From assembly GCA_951406725.2 (NCBI GenBank), contig OX597835.1:21018001-21082000 (forward strand): a stretch of 64,000 bases of DNA, in the 5' to 3' direction. Of this stretch, positions 53,239 through 64,000 are shown one piece after another. The translations under genes and the position numbers were made by a program. Source of the DNA: Octopus vulgaris (Eukaryota). A model generated the notes under the pieces. That model had not been told where the DNA came from and searched no databases. It saw only the letters and a list, made by a program, of their open reading frames with translations. Within the stretch, counting starts at the first letter, position 1; every line of letters begins with the position of its first letter.

Positions 53239-53474
53239 TATCTATATATATGAATATCTATATATATGAATATAAATATATATATATATGCAAATGTATA
53301 CATGTATATACATGTATATCTGTATGTATGCATATACACACGTATATATATACGCGCATATATATATATATATTTACACACATGTACACACATTAATATG
53401 TAGATTTATTTATATAAATGTAATCTATTTGAGTATACATATATGTATATATATATATATGTTATGTTTATGTT

Positions 53475-53505
<31 letters not shown>

Positions 53506-53531
53506 ATGTGTGTGTATGTATAAATTGACAT

Positions 53532-53574
<43 letters not shown>

Positions 53575-53815
53575 TATATATACATTCATATATACATACG
53601 TAATGCATACAGGTATATATATATATATATATATATATGTCTTTCATAAATGCATACATAAAGCTATATAAATTTTCTGCGGCTGCAAGTATAAATCCAT
53701 CGATCTATATCGATATGAGATTAAGTATATATGAATATATTTCTAAGTATGTGTGTGATTACCTGTATTACTGAATATTCCTAGAAAGATATCGTGATAA
53801 ACGTTTATCTCTGTC

Positions 53816-53856
<41 letters not shown>

Positions 53857-54382
53857 TTGTGTGTGTTATGTACTGACTCCACGTAACTATGACAGTTCAT
53901 ATGTTGACACAATTTGTGTTATGAAGGAGATGCATATGATGAATGCCACTTCCTCTCCTTCTTACACTTTGGCAATTTGATGACGGAAGTGAATTGTCAA
54001 AGTGATGCAACAGAATAGGATTGTGAATCGAATGATGAGAAGCTATTCATAACATACATCAATATATATGTATATATATATAGATATACACACGCACGCA
54101 CACACGCACACACATATGCACATATGTCTACACATACATACATATATATACACTCACATACATCTTTATATACAAACAAATATATATATATATCTATATG
54201 TGTATGTGTATGTATATATATATATGAATGCGTATATAGGTATATATTTATATGTATATATATATTTACAGATATATGTATACACACACACATATATATA
54301 CACATATATATGTATATACATATATACATATATATGTAAATATATATATACATACATAAACATGTGTATGCCTATGTATGTG

Positions 54383-54422
<40 letters not shown>

Positions 54423-54445
54423 CATATGTACATATAAACATCCAT

Positions 54446-54536
<91 letters not shown>

Positions 54537-54602
54537 CTTTGTATGCATGTATCTATGTATAAATAGTTATCGTACTTACGCGTAGGTGTGTGTTGTATTA
54601 TA

Positions 54603-54815
54603 TACGAATGGTGAGGTTGCTGAAAATTTCCAAGCTTTAGGTAAAAAGAAAATTCAGGTGTGCAAGTTAATTATGATTTTATTCCCCTCACAGATTCACA
54701 CATTTATTGCATCAATCCTTCAGTTTTCGAAGCCCCGTAATAAAATTTGAATTATTGGGCCTCCCACCAAGTCTTTCACTATATTCTTAAAGCTAGGAAC
54801 ATTACATCGCACCAT
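54603..54815 (-). mobile_element. Probable mariner-type terminal fragment
   Basis: TATACGA..GG..GCTGAAAA terminus and CACACATTTATTGCA..ATCCTTCAGTTT (KLKD..NKCV on the minus strand). Confidence 0.5.
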
Positions 54816-54875
54816 CGTGTGTGTGTGTATATATATATACATGCATACATACATACAGAAAAAGACAGAGATGCC

Positions 54876-54957
<82 letters not shown>

Positions 54958-55133
54958 ATTTATTCGTTATTTTTCACTTGCCCTACGTTAAATGTTGGGG
55001 TATTTCTCCTTGGAAACAATTTTTAGTGGCTATACCATAGCGGATCTATTTTTAGCACTAGAGTCGACCACATAGTGGTTACTCTCTCATATTCATATAA
55101 ATATGTATGTGTATATATAATATATATATATAT

Positions 55134-55178
<45 letters not shown>

Positions 55179-55784
55179 ATATATATATATATGTGCGTCT
55201 ATATGTATGTGTGTATGTATGTTTGTCGTATGTATGTATAATATAGATACATTTCTTTATGTGTGCGTAGTTAAGATTGTTTTTGGGTGAGCCTCTGTGT
55301 GTGGAGAAGGAGGAAACTTGCAAAAGTAATTCAAAACTTCGCGTGTTTAAAACGTGACCCGTATCGGATCTTGCTGAGTGCTATGCATAAAATTGACAGC
55401 CCCAAGGTCTCTCCAGTAACTTTATACATTATTTTTTTGTCATTCTTCTTTTTCTTTTTGTCATATCACTGCAGCCATGCTGGAGCACCGCTTTTGGGGA
55501 AAATATTGAAGAATATATTATAACCGTTTATTGACTTCAGTTTATCCGTGTTTTTTCGTCAAAATATATATGTAGTCAGTACACAAGCACTCAGCTATGA
55601 GTGTATTGCATGTTACGTCAGAAACAGCTGTAAGCTAATGGTAGTTCATTACATAATTTCTTCTTCTTCTTCTTTGTTTTTTATTGAATCTGAAATTATG
55701 CAAGCATTTCGACGAACGTTGCTCTCTGAAGCATACGTGTATTGAGTTCTAACACATGGTTATTAGTTTCACTAAACCTAAGCA

Positions 55785-55850
<66 letters not shown>

Positions 55851-56007
55851 CTATGTATGTATATACTTGTATGCATGTATATATGCATGTATGTATATAT
55901 ATATATATAGTTATATATATATATATGTATGTATGTATATATATATATGTAGGTATATCCATATATATATATACATATATACCTACATATATATTCATAT
56001 ATATATA

Positions 56008-56008
56008 C

Positions 56009-56093
<85 letters not shown>

Positions 56094-56094
56094 C

Positions 56095-56134
<40 letters not shown>

Positions 56135-56135
56135 G

Positions 56136-56212
<77 letters not shown>
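56008..56212. repeat. (GATA)n microsatellite within a broader (TA)n/(TATG)n field (50820-57100)
   Basis: Direct inspection. Confidence 0.95.
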
Positions 56213-56213
<1 letters not shown>

Positions 56214-56822
56214 TACATAACACTTAGTTCAACTTCACGAATTGCATGAAACAATTCGGATAAGGGCATATCCTGAATACGGTGAAATGTATTTAAATAT
56301 GCGTTGAATTTAGTCTGTAATATTATGCTCAATTGATCTAACGAAATACAAACGAGAAAAATTGCCTAAACTCACACATCTCAATAGTAGAGAGAATCAA
56401 GTCGGGTAAATCAAAATGGCCGCCGCTCTAATCAATATAGGAAACGCTTTTTTTTTTTCTCTTTTTTTTTCTGATATATTGCTGAACTTGTTCAATGGAA
56501 AGAAAGGTTTCCTTTGCCTGCTAGAAATTATGGATGATTTTTATGAAATACTTTATTTTCTATTTTGTCTTGTTTAACTTTCTTTTAAACTTATTTGATT
56601 TTAATGAATAAATGTGAATTATTTCCAATAATTTCTTTCTGTCCTCCTTCCCTGCCCGCCATCCCATCGCCTTGAACAGTATAATGCACTGCAAATAATG
56701 TTCATTCAGAGAAAATGTATGAATTTACTCTCATACACATATATGCAGGCGCGCACAGGGGAGTTCGGCATATATGGATATATCTATATATGCTTGTATA
56801 TGTATGTATACATATACACCTG

Positions 56823-56872
<50 letters not shown>

Positions 56873-56914
56873 ATATATGCTTGTATATGTATGTATACAT
56901 ATACACCTAATATA

Positions 56915-56984
<70 letters not shown>

Positions 56985-57655
56985 ATGTAGTAATGTATAT
57001 AGGTATACATGCATACATGTATATGTACACACACACACACGCATATACATATATATATATATATGTTTATATGTATATTCACAAGTACGTGTGTGTGCAT
57101 AATTGCATGATATATTGAAATAATTCTGATTCAGATAAAAATATATGTATTTAGGCTCATGCACTCAAAAGGCTGCACACACAAAATCACAAACGCAAAC
57201 ACATATATATATAGAGAGAAAGGTCGAGAATGAAAGAGACTGAAAGGTCGAGAGTGAAAAAGAGAGAGAGAAAGAACGAAAGAGAGAGAGAGAGGGAGAG
57301 AGAGCAAACTGAGGTAGAAAGGGAACAGAAAAAGCTAAAATGGTTTATGTTTTAAGATATAATTAAAACAGCACGTTCAAGTGACGTTTTACATAGAAGT
57401 TCCATCATATATATACACAATTTTTTAATCTTTTTAGTGGCTTCAATCATTAGACTGCAGCCATGTTGGAGCATAGTCATGCGATGTGTAGAACACATCG
57501 ACTCCATTGCCGTTCTTTTTTCAAGTCGCTGTTAATTTTATCAACCACCTTGCTGAACCTTTAAGTTATGGGAAATTAAAAAAACCAATACCAGTTATCA
57601 AATTTCAGTAGGGGTTCAAACACGCATGCATAGGTGTAAGTATATATATATATAT

Positions 57656-57717
<62 letters not shown>

Positions 57718-57940
57718 TGATAGATAGATAGATAGATACATATATATATATATATATGTGTGTATATATATATAGATAGATATATATATAAGAAAAGAAA
57801 GGAAAAACGGAAAATACGCACACTTACATGGTTATTGCATAATTTTTAATGTATCGACCGGTTATATATATATATATATATATACACACAAATATATACA
57901 TATACATATATGTGTATACGTGCGCGAGCGCACAGACGTA

Positions 57941-58005
<65 letters not shown>

Positions 58006-58324
58006 ATTGGTGAATTGAAGAATGTTTTAATTTCAATTATCCGCACCAACGCACGGTTGCAACACCATATGGTTGTACCTCCAACCGTGCTGTTTACTGT
58101 TGTCTACTAAGGTATCGGTTAAACTTTTGATTAATCTACTACAAGATTATTCATCTTTCTATTTCACATAATATATATATATATATATATATATATACGT
58201 GCTCGTGCGCGCACACACATACTTATATACGACGGTCTTGTTCCACATTTCGTCTATAAGATCCCTAACAAGATTCTTGCCGCCAGCGTCTATAGTAAAT
58301 GCCACTAACCATTTCCCCAGCCGT

Positions 58325-58562
58325 TCTTATTTCTTTACTACCCACAAGGGTCTAAACATAGAGGCGACAAACAAGTACAAATAAAGGGATTAAGTCTGTT
58401 ACACCGACGCCAGTGCGTAAATGGTACTTACTTTATTCACCCTGAAAGGATCAAAGTCAAAGTCGAACTCGGCGGAATTTGAACTCAGAACGTAACGGCA
58501 GACGAAATACCGCTAAGCATTTCGCCCAGCATCCTAACAATTCTGCCAGCTCACAACCTTCG
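58325..58562 (-). mobile_element. SINE family A
   Basis: Diverged full monomer. Confidence 0.85.
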
Positions 58563-58586
58563 CCAAACATTATTTTATAAAAAAAA

Positions 58587-58984
58587 CTAGCAGTATCGCC
58601 CGGCATTGCTCGGGTTTGTAAGGAAAATAACTATATAAGCATTTTTAGAGAGTTATAGCAAAAAAATAGCAAAAAAATGCATTAAAAATGGAAAAGAAAT
58701 GATGGTAAATTTTTTTTTAAATCGTTGACTCATCGTAGACATTTTTAGAGAGTTACTTCCCTTATATAATAGCGAAAAAATGCATTAAAATGGAAAAAAA
58801 TTATGGTAAATTATTTTTAAAATCGTAGACTCATCGTAGACGCGCGCTAATACCCAGAAGGGCTCGATATGAATCACGACTATAAGATACCTGCTTTTGG
58901 TTACACTGCACCGCAAAATGTGGGAGTAGTTAGGAATCTAAATCGTAGGAGACAGACACACAAATTGACTTTTATATATAAAGA
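58587..58984 (-). mobile_element. Non-autonomous Helitron (~400 bp)
   Basis: Minus strand begins TCTTTATATATAAAAG and ends with hairpin CCCGAGCAATGCCGGG then CTAG; inserted between A and T with no TSD. Confidence 0.85.
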
Positions 58985-59353
58985 TAATATTTCAATTTCA
59001 TTCAATTTTATTAATATTTTTTATCATATATGTGTTTCTTTGTTCGTACTTTTGTTTCGTCTTGAAATGTAATTCCTAAATCCCATCAGTCAACATTTCG
59101 AGACGTTCACAATCTAATTTTCGAATTCAGATGTTCTAATGGCATTGAGTCCTGGTGTTCTGCAGTAAGTCGCAAGGTCACTTAGAGATAATGTCCTCGG
59201 TAATATAATCACCAACGCGAAATTTTTAAATCGATTTCTTGTTTTTAATATACAAGACAAAGACACTCGCACAAATACACAGAAACAGTCATACCATATA
59301 TGTGTGTGTTTGTGTGCGTATATTTATGCGCGTGTACGTGTTTTTGTTATGTA

Positions 59354-59453
<100 letters not shown>

Positions 59454-59500
59454 GTATATATTATATATATATTATGTATATATATATATATATATATTAG

Positions 59501-59539
<39 letters not shown>

Positions 59540-59543
59540 TATG

Positions 59544-59631
<88 letters not shown>

Positions 59632-60145
59632 CTATGTATATGTATATAAATATATATTATAATATATATATATTATGTATATATGTATATATATATATTG
59701 TATATGTATGTATATATATTATGTATATATGTGTATATATATATTGTATATGCATATATATATATATATTATGTATATATATAAATATTGTATATATATA
59801 TGTATACGTTATTTTGAGTGTACCAGTGTATATGTATACACATATACATACATATATATTTGTGCGTGTGTGTGTGTGTGTGAGTATGTGTAGAAAGATA
59901 CAAAAGTCGGATAGAAAGAAACTTTCTATGCTAATATTCAGCTTCAATGGAAAATAGTTATAGTATTAGCTGTACAGAAACAGGTTGCAGTAGGAGTAAA
60001 TTATATAAAATGAAGCGTTATGGGAATGTTCTACTTGAGAAACAAAAATGAGACCGCCTTCCACTCTTGCAATGCAATCCATACATACCCTGGCTTGGTA
60101 TTGCCATGGGTCCACCGCACCGGCCCACGTTTGCTACTGTCCATA

Positions 60146-60356
60146 TACTCTTTTCCTCTTTTACTTGTTTCAGTCATTTGACTGCGGCCATGCTGCAGCA
60201 CCGCCTTTAGTCGAGCAAATCGACCCCGGGACTTATTCTTTTGTAAGCCCAGTACTTATTCTATCGGTCCTTTTGCCGAACCGCTAAGTGACGGGGACGT
60301 AAACACACCAGCATCGGTTGTCAAGCAATGCTAGGGGGACAAACACAGACACACAA

Positions 60357-60411
<55 letters not shown>

Positions 60412-60576
60412 TACGACGGGCTTATTTCAGTTTCCGTCTACCAAATCCACTCACAAGGCATTGGTCGACCAGGGGCTATAGCAGAAGACACTTGCCCAAG
60501 ATGCCACGCAGTAGGACTGAACCCGGAACCATGTGGTTGGTAGGCAAGCTACTTACCACACAGCCACTCCTGCGCC
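60146..60576 (-). mobile_element. SINE family B, full length
   Basis: Near-consensus copy. Confidence 0.92.
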
Positions 60577-60829
60577 TATGTCTAAATTTGAAAATAAGTT
60601 CTATCTGAAACATTGCCAAATCTGTTCGATTGACGACTTCTTCATAGTGAACACGGTGTGTAGAGCAGAACCGGAAAACCGAGCGGTTTTAAAAGTATCT
60701 GTTAAAGGGAAAATACCATCGCAATAGAAATAGTCGAAAACCATCCTGCTCTACAATATCTTTCTGTTGTCGTCACCTATATGGATATACGTATATATGC
60801 TTGTATACGTATGTATACAGATACACCTG

Positions 60830-60879
<50 letters not shown>

Positions 60880-60890
60880 CATATATAAAC

Positions 60891-60957
<67 letters not shown>

Positions 60958-61025
60958 ATGTAGTAATGTATAGAGGTATACATGCATATAAACATATATA
61001 TATATATATATATATAAACATATAA

Positions 61026-61073
<48 letters not shown>

Positions 61074-61403
61074 AGAAAGGCATCAAACTATGTATTTGGG
61101 AAGCATACACACACACACACGCACACATACACAAACACATACCCATACATATGTGTGTGTGTGTGTATGTATGTGTACGCGTGTGGGTGTGTATGATTGC
61201 GTGGGATCAATCTTGATATGTTTCAGTTTTATGAAACCCCCGTCCATTAAATCGCACTCCTCACAGTGGTCTCTTAAGTAGAAGGAAGGGCGTCACAAGG
61301 TGACTCTGCATTATTGTGCATTATTATCTCCATTCGAACGTTACCTACGTCAAATTTTCTTATTGACTTACCTACAAGTCTAACAATTCACCTTCCTATG
61401 TAT

Positions 61404-61638
61404 TTATTTCTTTACTAACCACAAGGAGCTAAACACAGAGGAGACAAAACAAAGACAGACGAACGCATTAAGTCGATTATATCTACCCCAGTGCGTAACT
61501 GGTACTTAATTTATCGACCCCGAAAGGATGAAAGGCAAAGTCGACCTCGGCGGAATTTGAACTCAGAACCTAACGGCAAACGAAATACGACTACGCATTT
61601 CGCCGGGCGTGCTAATGTTTCTGCCAGCTCGCTGCCTT
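61404..61638 (-). mobile_element. SINE family A monomer
   Basis: Head GGCAGCGAGCTGGCAGAAAC and central core. Confidence 0.88.
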
Positions 61639-62561
61639 ATCTATTGAGTGTTCATTTATTTCCTATGTATTGATCGTTCATTTATTTCAATGTCAGCACG
61701 GTCGTCAATCTATCAGACTTTATCCATTCACATACGTGATTCATGCTCCCTGCATAACATGCATGAATGTCCATTTAGTTACATTTAGTATGCGAATCCG
61801 TTAGTTTAATTCAACTTTTTCTGACGCCACGTAACATTTTTATTTTCCCCTCTCATATATATAAGTTGACAACTACATATCTACATCACTGTCCGTATAA
61901 TTACCTGTCTACATAACGCCATGTTTTCATATCTATCTATTCCTATCTATTTATCGTTCTTTCTTTTTTTTTCCTCTTCCCCCTTTTTTTCCCCTTTTTC
62001 TTCTTTTTTCATCTCTCTTTTCTTTTGTTCCTTTTCCCTTTCTTTTTTTTTCTTTTATTCCTTTTATTTTTATTCTTTTTTTTTCATTTTTTTTTTGTTC
62101 TTTTCTTCCCTTTTACGATCCCTCTTGATCGAAAACCTACGCCACCCCCTTTTTTTGCATCCCCCCAAAAGAAAAGCTCTACCTTGTAACTTGTCCCATC
62201 TGTGTGCAGCCCTGTGTGACCAATAAAGAAACTTATTTCCTTTCCAACAACCCATCATCTCGATGAATGACCCCTGGAGAGAACTTTTATATAATGCTTG
62301 CCACCAGGATCAACAGTAGAGTTTCTCAGTAGGTAACGTCAGCAATTATCATATAGCTGTGGTCTTCTTAACTGTTTAATATTCTATGTATTGAATATGT
62401 GAACACCCTATCAATCTATCCAGTTGCGAATAATGCTTTATGCATTAAAATGTATTGACATTAATTTGACTATTTCCCTATCTTTGTATATTTATACATA
62501 TATCTTCTTTATAGCAATCTGCCAAAGTTCCTATGCATCTATTTACATACATACATAAATA

Positions 62562-62618
<57 letters not shown>

Positions 62619-62649
62619 ATATATATATATACATATATATATATGTGTG

Positions 62650-62681
<32 letters not shown>

Positions 62682-62961
62682 CTGTATATATATATGTATA
62701 TATATAAATATACATATATATATATGTATATATAAATATACATATATATATATATATATATAGATATACGTATATATATATATGTATGTATATATAAATA
62801 TACATATATATATGTATGTATATTTAAATGTATGTATAAATATACATATATATATATATATGTATATATATATGTATATTTAAATGCATGTATAAATATA
62901 CATATATATATGTATATTTATATATGCATTTATATATATATATATATATATATATGTATTT

Positions 62962-62993
<32 letters not shown>

Positions 62994-63019
62994 CATACAT
63001 ATACATATATACGTATATT

Positions 63020-63052
<33 letters not shown>

Positions 63053-63284
63053 GTATATATAAATATACATATATATATATAACGATTCTGCCAGCTCGCC
63101 ATCTTTCGGTATTCCAGTAATACACCCAAGTTAAGTAGCATTTAAAATCGACACACACGATTTGAGAAAGAAAAGTGCTAAATATAAATTCTGTATAATT
63201 TCTGCATAATTCTGTATAATTTGTTGTATTACCGTTTTTACCAATATATATATATATATTATTTAAAGCAGCAGAAAATTCAAC

Positions 63285-63331
63285 AAAACCTGTTACTCTG
63301 AGTTTCCCGTTGCCGTTCATCGGACAGTTTT
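63285..63331 (-). ncRNA. Second copy of the CCGANGA-core hammerhead-like motif
   Basis: AAAACTGT-CCGATGA-ACG gcaa CGG-GAAA-CTCAGAG-TA-ACAGGTTTT; same flank as at 21421. Confidence 0.6.
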
Positions 63332-63612
63332 TGCTTTATATATATGGCAAGAAAAATTATTATACTCAGTAGGGTAATTGCCACGCAATAAACAACACTG
63401 GTGTATTAATTAGGTATTCTACAAGTAGTATATTGGATAGATTCTATCCCTTAGTTGGTTGGATTCACAACATCATTCTTTGAATTATATATACATATAT
63501 ACATGTTAGCTGTCCTCAAAATACTGCTAGAATGCGTTTTCCAAATGAAGGAAAGTGGACAACAACACTGGTATAGGCTCCTCTTCTGTCTGTTCATTGT
63601 TGTAGAACTATG

Positions 63613-63845
63613 AGCTCTACGAGGCTCCGGCAGGGGATGGTGGTGATCCTTGTTTCTGTTGTACCTGTATTTCAAAGGGCCGGCCTTGTCACTCTCTGTG
63701 TCACGCTGAATATCCCCGAGAACTACGTTAAGGGTACACGTGTCTGTGGAGTGCTGAGCCACTTACACGTTAATTTCACGAGCAGGCTGTTCCGTTGATT
63801 GGGTCAATCGGAACCCTCGTCGTCGTAACCGACGGAGTGCTTCCA
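63613..63845 (+). mobile_element. SINE family C, 5'-truncated
   Basis: Matches the 3' two-thirds of 35352-35734. Confidence 0.9.
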
Positions 63846-64000
63846 GAACTATGAACTGGGAAATTTTGCAATCATGGATATCGTTCAGTACCATGGCATT
63901 CCGTAACGTGAAACGTATTTCCCATTGACTTTCCTATTACATGAAAGTGAATGTGGGATATGCTTCACGTTTAGTAATTCTGGCTACGTATCGCGGCAGG

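Overview
AT-rich, microsatellite-saturated animal genomic DNA, intergenic or intronic. The tRNA-derived SINE families and the dense (TA)n/(CA)n/(GATA)n/(TAC)n tracts look like an octopus (coleoid cephalopod) genome; this is inference from repeat content. No intact host protein-coding gene can be supported, and nearly all ORFs in the track are translations of microsatellites or SINEs. Recognisable content: four to five SINE families in many copies, including a 5 x 184-bp head-to-tail array inside one target-site duplication (TSD); decayed R4/Dong-like, CR1/L2-like, RTE and Penelope retrotransposon fragments; Tc1 and mariner remnants; and a non-autonomous Helitron. The main finding is a set of small non-coding elements carrying type I hammerhead ribozymes. 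The best case is a young 353-bp retrozyme-like monomer in an inverted, partly tandem arrangement at 17149-17940 with two intact hammerheads. Diverged relatives keep a palindromic stem III despite sequence change, a second family has a non-canonical CCGANGA core, and several of these elements have inversion junctions that fall on their own RNA stems. All alignments and folds were done by eye.
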